From assembly GCA_937625935.1 (NCBI GenBank), contig OW569354.1:496001-560000 (forward strand): 64,000 nucleotides of DNA, given 5' to 3'. Source of the DNA: Tetramitus jugosus. Lineage: Eukaryota > Protista > Heterolobosea. The notes beneath the pieces were generated by a model that was not told the origin of the DNA, made no database searches, and worked only from the letters and a program-made list of their open reading frames with translations. This document shows positions 23,673 to 34,793 of this stretch, one piece after another (positions within the stretch are counted from its first letter, which is position 1; every line of letters starts with the position of its first letter). The translations under genes were made by a program, and so were the position numbers.

Positions 23673-25432
23673 TTAGTATTGTGTATCTCTGAATTGAGAG
23701 CACCAGGAAACGATGCCAGGAAACTCATGGATTGGTTTCTCCCGTTTCTTGTAGTGGTTAGGACTGTACCAGATCAATAATCGAGGAACGATGGCTTCTT
23801 GTATCACAGCCTCACCATAGTTCAGTTCCCATACTTCCATTTGGTCGGTCACTCTTCCAACATACTGTACGGCAAGAGCATATTCAGAGGCTTCTGAACC
23901 ATCAAGTGCCTTTACTCTTATCCAATCAAAGTATTTTGATGAATTCATTCTGGGGGATGCAAGTCCCGGAAAGAGATTACCATGGAATTGTGGATGAAAA
24001 AGACCCATTTTGTCCAAGTATACATCTGGATTCTTCATGTTACGTTTTGCTTTGACCTCTGTTGTTGAATCAAAATAATGTGGGTTAGAGACATTCTAAT
24101 CTGACCAGTATGCAAGTTATGATACGAACGTTCATACACATCTTCTGAGCTTTTATCCACAGAAAGGAACGCATACATTTTGCTTCACTTCCAAATGCAT
24201 CCTCGCTGTTTGGTACTATTGTTGAACCAGAGCAACTGATTAACCTTTTCATCTGACAGTAAACCAAGATCGTCTGCCCGAAGAGAGCGATTTTTCAACC
24301 ACCGTTTTAGATGATTAATATGGGGTGTATCACATAATTCATCATGGAGGTCTTTAAGCTCCCTCCCAGATCGTAGCATCTGTTGGTCATAGAACAAACA
24401 GGAGAATGGGGCAAAACAGCCTTCTTTGTAAGCATTCGCACTCCACAAAATATATCTCAATAAAGGCTCCTCATACTTGAGGTAGTGTCTCAACAATGAA
24501 TATACACTTCAATGCATTGATAAATCCAGGTCGATAACCCAAAGTACTTTGAATTCGACATTTGTATCTCTGATCGTACCGACTGAACAATGCTAGAGAG
24601 AACTCCTCGAGTAGGAAAGTTTCGTATCTCATCGAATATGGTACAGAAATGAGAGTACTGTTTGAAGACTGCACGAGTTGCACTTTGGAGCAACATGGAC
24701 GAACCAAAATCATTTCTGTCTTGGTTCATTTGTATGGCTACTCTCAAAAGAGACTTGGAATCACTTTCATCAACGTTAATCCCCTTTTCGTCTGCTTGTT
24801 CCTCGAGCTTTTCCTTCTTCGGGTTCTCATGGTCGAATGGAGAGTCATCATTCAACCTCGAAGGTTGAAAGACTTGCACATGCACAGAATTATCATCAAT
24901 CTTCTTATTGAGATACTCGCTGGCACTCCCAGATCCAACCTCACATATACAACAATTGCACTGTTTTGTCAATATATCTCGCGCCAAAAAAATTGGGAAA
25001 TAATTGTAAAGCATTCAACGACAAAAGAATATGAACACATTGTTGGTTATTCTCAGAATGAACAAGTTCCAAATCTCCAGTCATTTCCTCTTGTGTCATG
25101 ACGACACAATGGCGTACGCCTTGGACCTGTTGTTCGATCAACAATTGTTCGCTTTCATTTCAATCATTTTCTGATTGGAAATAATGTTGGACTTCATGGA
25201 CCTGAAATGGTTCGTCTGAACACAGAATCTTCTCAATGCACACAGAAGTGCTGTCGTTCTGTTTTGTCATCTTTTTTTCAGGTGCAAAAGTCCACCAGAT
25301 TTCACACAAATACTCCTCGGTTACAGTTCGTTGCACATCTGATATATAGAGCAGTATACCGAGTGTTTGTCGGGGTGTGTGAAATTTGGGGTTGCTCATT
25401 GCTGTTGTTGTTGTTGATATGGTAACTGCCAT
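23673..25432 (-). pseudogene. Fragmented long ORF of unknown family inserted in the RWP-RK array
   Basis: Collinear minus-strand ORF pieces 25160-25432, 24490-25014, 24185-24496 and 23673-24038 separated by frameshifts or stops. Confidence 0.55.
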
Positions 25433-26262
25433 TAACCGCTTTTGATTGGATTACTCGTAAATGACCGGTTGCGACAATCTACGCTTTTTCTAGAATCGTT
25501 AAATTTTTTCCAACTGCCATAGAGGGCCTCATTCAACAAATGAAACACCATCAATCATGGAACTTCCAGTATCGTCAGAGCTTGCTTCTACTGCTACCTG
25601 CGAAAGTTGATAGCCTGGTCTATTGGAGGGGACCCACTTTTTAAACAGGAGCAACTGAATCCACTCCAGATCGAAGCAACATTAATCTTACCTTTGTTTC
25701 TTCCAGCCCGAACACTTGGAATCACATTGCCGACCTCTATTTTGCTGCATGGGAGATGAAACTTCCACGTGGTGATTCGTCAGTGATGAATGATAGCTAA
25801 GTCATGGATGAAAATGGTCATGTGTTGATCCTTTCGCTGCTCTGTCGAATAAAGCTCAGAACATTTCTTTTTTTGGTCTCCGGACGTTGTATGACACAAA
25901 TGAATCTCCAGACACATCACCTACCAGTGACGAGAATTGTTAAGTTGAGCGATGATTGAAACGCTCCATGGGGAAAGCTAGGCGTGGTTCTCCAAGGGTG
26001 ACACCCCTACCAACACATGAACACGACTTCTATGTTCGGCAGTGCCCCCATTTGTATAAAAGGTGTAATGATAGGGAACTCGGCGCGATCGTTTTCTAAA
26101 AGAGAGAGTCTCGCTGCTTCTAGTATCCCTTAGTGTTGACATGTTCTGAGTTATACCGTTGATCACCATAAGATCCAATAACCAGAAGACTGTTAGGATA
26201 CTTTGTCACAGTAAACACATCCAAACTAATAACAACAATCCAGTACTCAATTAGATATTATC

Positions 26263-26967
26263 ATGACAGAAACCATACTTCCAAACGCAAAACAAGCCAC
26301 TGTGATAGATCAACAGCAACGAGCCGCTGAACCACGGCTCGGAGCCCCAGAAAGCGATTCCTATCCGATGATCCACCTCCCTCGGATTGTAACTCGACCA
26401 CAAGTTTCTTGCTCTCGTGCCATTGACCCATCAAAGCCAACATCCTTCCGCAACACAATTCAAATCTCAAGGTCTGACATGCAGAAGTACTTCAATTGTC
26501 CACAGCGTTTGGCTGCTCAAAAGTTGGGTGTTTCTATGTCGACTCTCAAGAGAAGATTCTATCAATTGAAAATGGGTCGATGGCCTTGTCAGTTGACACA
26601 AGACAGAAGGAGAAGAAGTGTGTGGCACTTGGTGAATGAAGTGGAGCCAAAGAGTGAAAAGGAATTGTGTCCAAACACTGTTCAAACACTGACTCGTCTC
26701 TTTTCAATGAACCTCCAAGAGCAACAACAGTTGGCCACTCAAATTCTATCATCACAAAGAAGTCTCTCAAGCAATGGGAGTGAACCTCCTCCTCTCAAGT
26801 TCATGCGATATGTGCCAAGCAGTGAAACCATGACCAAACCTGTGACAAACACCAATGGAATTCGAAAGAAGCACAGAAGGTTTTTGAGGTTAGATGCTGG
26901 CACCAGCGATGGATCTCGAAAAGGAGATGCCAACGGAACGAGACAAAACCATTCTGGAACTGCCTAG
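26263..26967 (+). CDS. RWP-RK transcription factor, copy 3
   Basis: Near-identical core to copy 1. Confidence 0.9.
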   Translation: MTETILPNAKQATVIDQQQRAAEPRLGAPESDSYPMIHLPRIVTRPQVSCSRAIDPSKPTSFRNTIQISRSDMQKYFNCPQRLAAQKLGVSMSTLKRRFYQLKMGRWPCQLTQDRRRRSVWHLVNEVEPKSEKELCPNTVQTLTRLFSMNLQEQQQLATQILSSQRSLSSNGSEPPPLKFMRYVPSSETMTKPVTNTNGIRKKHRRFLRLDAGTSDGSRKGDANGTRQNHSGTA

Positions 26968-28623
26968 GTCAGTTCACTTTCTCAAGAAAGCTTGAAGAAT
27001 GTTCTAGGCCATTTGTACACTATTGGCATCAACCAACTTCAAATTGTACGATACTATTGTCCCATAAAACAATAATAGAAACGACAAACCTCCAAGGTTA
27101 ACCAGATTAACATCCCGACAACCTGAATAAAAATGCTTTAAGCGCTATTGTTTTCATCTGACATCCTTTGCTAGTTTGACTCGAGACGTTCTTACAAGAC
27201 TGCGTATCCCCTTGAATTAGACGCAATCGAACTTCTCACAACTCGTATGAGATGTACCTTAACAAAGCGTACTTCTCAGTGATTATGTTCTTATGTCTAA
27301 ACTTGTTGCCACGAACAAGCGGTGGCAAGTGGCTGAAGAATTTGTTGGTTCTGATCATACTTCACTGTCATACATACAATCCACCCGGAGTGAGCGATAT
27401 ATCATCGATTTATGAAATGTGATCAACACTGAGCTCCGAGTATGCCAGCCAACACACACTGAATAGTTTGGTTTTGCTTCAGTTCGGTAATAGTGTCCAG
27501 GACAGTGTAGATATCCTTGGACAAGAATGGGTTATGCTGTGTTCTTTCAAACTGTGACAGAACACCTACGTGTGGATAATCTCAGTGCTTGCCATTCATC
27601 ATTTCAACTACGGTCGTAGATCAGATACAGCTCATTCAGGGCGCCAAATTACTTACTCCACATGATAGCAAATCTAATACTATCAATCATGAAGCAATTG
27701 GGACAATCAAAGTTGGCCAATGCATCGTGATGCTCATATCCACACAGCATACTATTTGAGGTCGGTGGGTTTGAGGGATTCAATTCCCTTTATCGGTTGG
27801 ACGCTACTTTTGTTGGAAAGCTAAAGTTCCATCAACCGTTCTCATCCCAAAGGAGTGCAAGGTAGAAGTACCCGAAAAGTGACCCATCAAATACTCCTTC
27901 AGCAAGGACAATAAGGGAACCCAACAAATACCCTTCCAACGCTGCCTGTCATGCACATGTTGATGCCTGGTCCACTGGAGCGTACACGTTGGACCAAATT
28001 AACATTCCCACCCGAGAAACATAAATCTTTCCTTGTTTTTCCTGCATACCGAATGTTGTGTGTTGGCTAGAATGACAGAAGAATTTCATTACTCAGCTGC
28101 CGAACTAGATTTTGGCTGCATGGGATAGGAAACCTCCACGTGGCAATTCAATCATTCACTATCGATGCGAATGATAACTAGTTTATTCAACCCACCGGAC
28201 TCCCGTGAATGAAAATGCTCATGTTTCGATGCTTCCGCTGTTTTTTGTCGAATAAAGCCAGAACAATTCTTTTTTTGGTCGTGATACGCGTTGTATTGAA
28301 CAATTGAATCTCGAACACATCACCTGCCAGTGGGAGAATTGTTAAGTAACGTGATGATTGAAACGATTCCCCATGAAAGCTCCAAGGGTGACCCCATTCA
28401 ATTTCCATGTATGGTTGTCTCCATTGGAATGACAGGAACACGGGGCGATTGTTTTCTAAAAGAGCGAGTTTCGCTCTTTCAAGGCCAGGCTGCCATCTCT
28501 TAAGTCTTGACATGTTTCAGAGTTATACCGTTGATCAACAGAAGATCCAATAACGAGCAAACTAGCAAGAAATATTTCGTAAACACAAAATAAACTACTA
28601 ACAATCCAGGCCAGTTATTCATC

Positions 28624-29346
28624 ATGAAAGAAGCCATACTCCCAAGTGCTAAGCAAACCGAAACTGCTTTGTTGACAGCAGAGGTAGATCAGCAGCAACG
28701 AGCCACTGAACCACAGCTTGACTCTGCAGAAAACGATTTCCCTCGGGCAGGAAGTCAAATTCCAGTCTCTTGTTCTCGTGCCATTGACCCATCAAAGCCA
28801 ACATCCTTCCGCAACACCATCCAAATCTCAAGGTCTGACATGGAAAAGTACTTCAATTGTCCACAGCGTTTGGCTGCTCAAAAGTTGGGTGTTTCTGTGT
28901 CAACTCTCAAGAGACGATTCTATCAATTGAAAATGGGTCGATGGCCCTATCAGTTGACACAAGACAGAAGGAGAAGAAGTGTGTGGCACTTGGTGAATGA
29001 AGTGGAGCCAAAGAGTGAAAAGGAACTGTGTCCAAACACTGTTCAAACACTGACTCGTCTCTTTTCAATGAACCTCCAAGAGCAACAATTGTTGGCCACT
29101 CAAAATCTATCATCACAAAGAAATCTCTCAATCAACGGAAGTGAACCTCCAAACTTCAAGTTCATGCGATATGTGCCAATCAGTGAAACCATGACCAAAC
29201 CTGTGACAAACACCAATGGCATTCAAAAGAAGCCCAGAAGGTATTTGAGATTAAACCATAGCACAAGCACCAACAATGGATCTCGAAAAGGAGATGCCAA
29301 CGGAACGGGACAAAACCGTTCTGGAAATACTCTCTCTGGCAAGTAG
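28624..29346 (+). CDS. RWP-RK transcription factor, copy 4
   Basis: Near-identical core, with RWPYQ in place of RWPCQ. Confidence 0.9.
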   Translation: MKEAILPSAKQTETALLTAEVDQQQRATEPQLDSAENDFPRAGSQIPVSCSRAIDPSKPTSFRNTIQISRSDMEKYFNCPQRLAAQKLGVSVSTLKRRFYQLKMGRWPYQLTQDRRRRSVWHLVNEVEPKSEKELCPNTVQTLTRLFSMNLQEQQLLATQNLSSQRNLSINGSEPPNFKFMRYVPISETMTKPVTNTNGIQKKPRRYLRLNHSTSTNNGSRKGDANGTGQNRSGNTLSGK

Positions 29347-30115
29347 AAACGGCAGGTACTATTTGGAGATTTGAACAAAGCCACTAGAATGCACCAGGTC
29401 ATTTGTACATTACATTAATGTTCTGCATCGCACTTCAATTGTCACAGGCGACGACAAACACTGTAACTCTATAACATTGTACAATAAAAAGTAAACAATG
29501 TAGATTGTCGGTGGGATGATCTGTTGAAAACAATTTAGAATCCAGATCGCTTCTATACCTTTCCGTTAGTTATGGTTGCTTCTGGCTTATTGCCACGAGT
29601 AAACGAGTGGCAAGTGGTTGGAGAATTTGTTGGTTCTTATCATACACTTCACTGTCATACAATTCACCCAGAGTGAACGATATATCAGATATCCTTGAAT
29701 AAGAATCGGACTGGGTTAAATAGCGCTTGTACAACAAATTGCATGTCCGCTTGCAAAGCGGAGGCGTGAAGTTTCCGAAGAGTTAAAAGACGCTGTTACA
29801 AACGATTTTTGATCGCTTGCTGTCATGTGTTTAGTCGAACAGTTCACTCCACAGTCGAACATTCCTTTCGGCATGGAGGCTGCTCACAAGGTCTCACCTG
29901 CAAAGCACATGAGTTTATTTCATCACTTGAAATTGATCATCGATCGAATGAAACTTATTGAGATGAAGGGGATGACTTTGGTGGAGCAGTAACGGAATAA
30001 GGTTTTGTGTGATTGTCCAATCCTTTTCAAGTACGATTTGATTGACTAGACCATCAACCTGAAGCTCTCTTACTTCTCTTTGTGAGCATGGTGGAGGTTT
30101 GTTTTTCTATGTGAT

Positions 30116-31552
30116 CTAAAATGCTCCAATACCTTGTGCAAACATCAAGTCCTCCCCAGTCTTTCTATTGCTCTCCATCATCCTTTGCCATTCCGGTACG
30201 AGAATATTGTCTGGGTCAAGCTGAATTAGTAATCGATAGGCATGAGCTATGTCTCCGTAATAATTGGAGTTATCTCCATTTTTCTTACCCAGTCTCCTTT
30301 CAACTATGATCTCCATATTCTCAATGAATTTGAAGACAAGGGATGTAAGAAAACTGACTGGAACCTTGGTCTCTTGTAGTTTAGCAACACAGTAGAAGAG
30401 CGACTCAGTGTAACGACGAACAGATAATTGGGCTAGGTGATTATCATTGTAATCAACATTCGGGTGTTCTTCTGAGAGTAAATAGTTGTAGGACCTTAAG
30501 ATATCAACAGATAACATTAGTGTTTGCTTCTCTGTGAATGGGAACTGCTTGAATCCATGAAGAATCATAGATAGAAACTTGGATTTCGAAAGCAGTGTCT
30601 TGTTTGGGTTTCTTGGGAAGACCTCGGCATATCGATCCAGTGCATCTTGGAGAGTTGTCCAGCTAAATTGCTCATGACAGAACTGTAGGACCAAGGATTC
30701 AGCTGAAGGTAGTAAATGTGGATTTCTATCCACTCTGAACTTGTTAACATTCTTGCGAATAAATTCATAGATAGCTGAGGAACCATCACCAATTAATGTT
30801 CTGCTCGTCATACATAATAAATTCAAACTGCTTTCAACTTTTGGCATCAATTGATAAGCCATGTTGCTTCTTCTCATCTCTTCTAATAGGACCCTTGCTT
30901 CACCAAAATTGTTATTTTTCACATAAAAGTAAACCAAGTCATGTTGAACCATTCTGTAGTCACATTCGTATAATCTGGGATTCAATATAGATGCAATAGA
31001 GAGATATTGCTCAGCATCTTCAAGCCAACATTCCTCTAGCCTTGCATGCTTGCTAAGGAAGTGCATCAAGGTACCCAAGTAGTAAAAACTCTCCTGAGTG
31101 TTATCAGGATACAACGCTTTCAAATCCTTGATGTAGGAATGCATTTGTTCATCATTTTTGTTACTAGACTCGTAAATAGCAAGACAAGCTAGGATCACAG
31201 CCTCGAATTCCTTATGGGTCGTTACTACCTTTTTGTAGATATCATATGCTCGGTAAACGACATCTCGCGATTGCGTCTGTAGATTCACTAGAGTTACACC
31301 CATGAGGATGAGGCAGACAGTCCACTCGAAGTATTCCTCTGAGTTCAGAGTTTTCTCAAGTTCTTTCTCTTCGAAATTCTTTACTTTTGCTTCGAAAAAG
31401 ATATAGGTATCTTGTGGAAGAGTTACGTCGATTATCCAATAAATCCCTTTAGGATCTTGATCAAGGATTTTACGAACCATTTGAAAAATATGATTTGGTG
31501 ACCAGTTTTTCAAAGAATGGTTGAAGAGGGGACCATCAAAATTATCTCCCAT
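30116..31552 (-). CDS. Hypothetical alpha-helical (TPR-like) protein
   Basis: 478-aa open frame with helical repeats such as YYLGTL...AEQYLSIA..LNP and NNFGEARVLLEE. Confidence 0.65.
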   Translation of the reverse strand: MGDNFDGPLFNHSLKNWSPNHIFQMVRKILDQDPKGIYWIIDVTLPQDTYIFFEAKVKNFEEKELEKTLNSEEYFEWTVCLILMGVTLVNLQTQSRDVVYRAYDIYKKVVTTHKEFEAVILACLAIYESSNKNDEQMHSYIKDLKALYPDNTQESFYYLGTLMHFLSKHARLEECWLEDAEQYLSIASILNPRLYECDYRMVQHDLVYFYVKNNNFGEARVLLEEMRRSNMAYQLMPKVESSLNLLCMTSRTLIGDGSSAIYEFIRKNVNKFRVDRNPHLLPSAESLVLQFCHEQFSWTTLQDALDRYAEVFPRNPNKTLLSKSKFLSMILHGFKQFPFTEKQTLMLSVDILRSYNYLLSEEHPNVDYNDNHLAQLSVRRYTESLFYCVAKLQETKVPVSFLTSLVFKFIENMEIIVERRLGKKNGDNSNYYGDIAHAYRLLIQLDPDNILVPEWQRMMESNRKTGEDLMFAQGIGAF

Positions 31553-31722
31553 GCTTCTTGTTGTTTGTTGCTTGATTTTATGGCAAGCGAAACAATAGAC
31601 TTTACTGTTGCAAAAATTGAAGAAAGAACAGTCGACCGGATTAAGTTTGGATTAGAGGAATCATAAAACGAAGTTGTGAGAATGAAGACTACTTTCATAC
31701 CTTTTTCCCAACTAATAATGTC

Positions 31723-32445
31723 TCAAAATCGAAAGTCGATCCTCTCTGAGAAAGCACAATACTCCATTGTTTGGCTCAATGTCGAACTCTGAATCACACA
31801 AACATGTGATAGTTGTGTAATGTTTTTGCAAGACCGTAACTCAAGCCTCTTGAGTTTCACACACTTGCTCGCGATGATTTGAACAACAAAATCAGTCACT
31901 GCGTCACAGCCGTTCAAAATGAAGTGTTCAATATGCTGTCCATGGGCCAATATGAAGTTAATAAGGGCTTCTTGACTGATCGCAGCATGAACCAGTTTGT
32001 CGTTTTCCGCTGAACTTCTTTCTCGAACTGTTGTTCGATTTCTAACCAAATCCACTCTCCGGTACAAGAATGCATGATAAATCTCTAGTTGCTCCAGTGG
32101 GATAACTCTCGTGAACGGATTCCCTCTGACTCGACGATTCCTATTGCTTGTGATGGCATCATAATTGTACAATCCAATCACTGATTCCGACACATGAGAA
32201 TGTCTCGGATTAGACAACAAATAGTGAAACAGTCGACAGACAAACTTTAGTCGAAGGATGTTGACTGTAGGAAGATAAGATATAATGCTGATCCAGAGAT
32301 CTTCGGACATGTGGTAAATATTTTCGTGGGCGTTGCCCAGTGATTCATCATACAGTTCCTTGATTGCCCTCTGCTTCTTTTGAACAAGTTTGAAGTTTCT
32401 TCTCTTGGCTCGTTTCTCTGCCTGCATCATCTTGGCACTCTTCAT
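31723..32445 (-). CDS. F-box/LRR protein
   Basis: MSEDLWISIISYLP...L....VCRLF (F-box) and LNGCDAVTD...IASKC.KLKRLELRSCKNIT (cysteine-containing LRR). Confidence 0.8.
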   Translation of the reverse strand: MKSAKMMQAEKRAKRRNFKLVQKKQRAIKELYDESLGNAHENIYHMSEDLWISIISYLPTVNILRLKFVCRLFHYLLSNPRHSHVSESVIGLYNYDAITSNRNRRVRGNPFTRVIPLEQLEIYHAFLYRRVDLVRNRTTVRERSSAENDKLVHAAISQEALINFILAHGQHIEHFILNGCDAVTDFVVQIIASKCVKLKRLELRSCKNITQLSHVCVIQSSTLSQTMEYCAFSERIDFRF

Positions 32446-32819
32446 TTTTGAATTGATTTGTTTGGTTCAGATCCAAAATGTTCAAGTTCAAGGAGAACGG
32501 CAGAAAGAGTTCCGAGCTTGGTTTTACTGTCAAACTATCTTCCCCGTTACAAGCATAACAAGAAGGTCCCTTCTGCAGCAATAAGCTCTTGTTGACGATA
32601 CCAATCATATTAATCAAGAGAAAGTTGAGCTACGAGCTGTTGCGCTTCGAGCCGATCCACTGCATGATCAAGTCCTTTTAATCCTGCAATTACTCCTCCC
32701 GCCATCAAACATCACTCTGTGAAAAAAACTCCCAACTGGAAATCACATTTCTCCCCCACAAAACACCGACAGCGAACAGGGGAAAGGAAACCAGAAAAAC
32801 AACAACATACAAAACAACA

Positions 32820-33874
32820 ATGAGACATCTTATTGCGCTTCTGGTTCTAGTGTTGGCTTTCACCACAGCATACACCACTGCAATCAACAACAGAGTCCAA
32901 TTGGCTCAAAACAAGAAAAACACAAAGGCTGGTTTTGTCAAGAATCACGCCTTTAGAAACAGTGCTCTCGGAAGCAGAATCACTCAGAGATTGCCATTGG
33001 AGTATGTTGATCCAAAAGCTCTTCCTGTTTCTTGGGATTGGAGAAATGTGAACGGTACCAACTACCTCAGTGCCACCAGAAATGTAAGCTTTTTTTTTCT
33101 GTCGACATTTGAAAAACCGCCAAAATTTTTTCTACGACTCGGGGGTGTGTGAAAAATTTGTCTGTGCAGAAGCTAATCGTCATCCTCTCTTTTTTACTTG
33201 CTGCTATATAGCAACACATTCCTCAATACTGTGGAAGCTGTTGGGCCCATGGATCCACCAGTGCTCTCGCCGACAGAATCAACATTCAAAGAAAGGGTCA
33301 ATGGCCATCCACCATGCTCTCTGTTCAACATGTGTTGGCCTGTGCCAACGCAGGAAGCTGCCACGGTGGTGATGACATTCCAGTCTATGCCTATGCTGCT
33401 TCTGAAGGTATCCCTGATGAGACTTGCAACAATTATCAAGCCATTGATCAAAAGTGTGAGCCTTTCAATGCCTGTGGAACTTGCACTGGATTTGGTGATA
33501 ACAAGTGTGCTCCAATCAAGAACTATAGAAGATGGAAGGTTTCAGACTATGGTCCAGTGAAGGGTGGTCGTGACGGTATCAAGGCTGAAATCTTTGCTCG
33601 TGGTCCAGTTTCCTGTGGTATTGATGCGACAGCTGGTCTCGATGCATACACTGGTGGTATCTACAAGGAGTATGTTGCAGTGCCAATGATTAATCACATT
33701 GTGTCTATTGTTGGATGGGGTGTGGAGAATAATGTGGAATACTGGATTGTGAGAAATTCTTGGGGACAACCGTATGGTGAGAATGGATTCTTCCGTATTG
33801 TCACTGGTGATGCTCAGTACAATCTTGGTATTGAGACTGACTGCTCATTTGGTGTTCCTGTGTTGCCAAACTAA
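32820..33874 (+). CDS. CTSZ: Cathepsin Z/X cysteine protease, 2 exons (32820-33083, 33212-33874)
   Basis: Signal peptide, [14 protein letters not shown]|[14 protein letters not shown] (HIP mini-loop), INHIVS and WIVRNSWG. Confidence 0.95.
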
Positions 33875-34140
33875 AACATTCAGGTGTGAATTGCCTTTTG
33901 AAATGTTTTTAAAGAACAACGACAACAACAACAACATGTATTCTATGCTTGCTAACCAGTAAAGAAACTGTACTTTCTTTCACACAAACTCACATCTTGA
34001 AATTTGCTGGGTCTTGTTGAATCAAGCGACCAATATCGTAAAAAAGAAATGCTCCTTTACGATAATTGAACAAAACTCCGGTCGTAGCAGAAAAGTTAAC
34101 AAGATCCCATCAACTTGTCTGATGATGGGGCTTGTTAACC

Positions 34141-34551
34141 ATGGCAATTGTCGTAACCCACGTTAGATCACAACAAACAAGAAATGCAAAACATATCCAC
34201 TATACTCAAGTTGGTCCCAGCACCATCAAGGATCTTAGCCAAATCATAAAGGCGTATCCCAGGGCAGAGTTCAAATCGAAAGGATCAATCGAATCGCGAG
34301 TGTATTTTGGAATCATATGCTACCACAAAGATGGCCGTGTCATCCAATCACATGACAACTTTAGGCGAGAGGAGCAGTGTACCATTAAGCTTGAGAGCAC
34401 GGGAGATGGTCAAACTGTATTCACACTATCTGGTTCACCAACCACTTGGTTTTCCAATGATTCAATTGGATACTACAGAGCGATTGGTTTCTACTTGGAT
34501 GGCGATACGACTCATGAGCCGGACAATGTCCACTTCGTCAATGCGGGCTGA
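34141..34551 (+). CDS. Hypothetical ~136-aa protein ending just upstream of a 5S copy
   Basis: Open frame with protein-like composition but no recognisable motif. Confidence 0.35.
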   Translation: MAIVVTHVRSQQTRNAKHIHYTQVGPSTIKDLSQIIKAYPRAEFKSKGSIESRVYFGIICYHKDGRVIQSHDNFRREEQCTIKLESTGDGQTVFTLSGSPTTWFSNDSIGYYRAIGFYLDGDTTHEPDNVHFVNAG

Positions 34552-34586
34552 AAAATGCGGAAATAGGGCAATAATGCAAGTATAGT

Positions 34587-34699
34587 GTCTACGTTCATAC
34601 AATGGTGGATCTTCCCATTTCGAATAGAGAAGTTAAGCACCATCTGGCTGAGTTAGTATTGAGATAGGAGACTACTCGAGAACCCTCAGTAATGTAGGC
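34587..34699 (+). rRNA. 5S rRNA variant or pseudogene (6-nt deletion)
   Basis: Matches the other two copies except for loss of ACCACC (GGTGGA^TCTTCCC). Keeps the conserved 5' flank and TTTT terminator. Confidence 0.9.
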
Positions 34700-34793
34700 T
34701 TTTGCTTCCGCTTCTCCGTGTTATTGCATGCTCTGACCCTGTAGTTTCTTTGTAGTTAATGCTTGTTCCCTCCGTTTCCCATTGAAAAAATAA

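Larger units (their letters stand above)
19430..29700 (+). repeat. Tandem segmental repeat array (4 units) carrying RWP-RK genes with shared flanks
   Basis: 21937-22560 is similar to 25617-26262, and about 19430-19720 is similar to about 27670-27915. 3' flanks are shared between copies 1/2 and 3/4. Confidence 0.85.

Noticed and set aside
20543-29346. Repeats as a CRISPR array or transposon copies
   Set aside because: The units are kb-scale gene duplications with no repeat-spacer pattern, TIR, TSD or poly(A).
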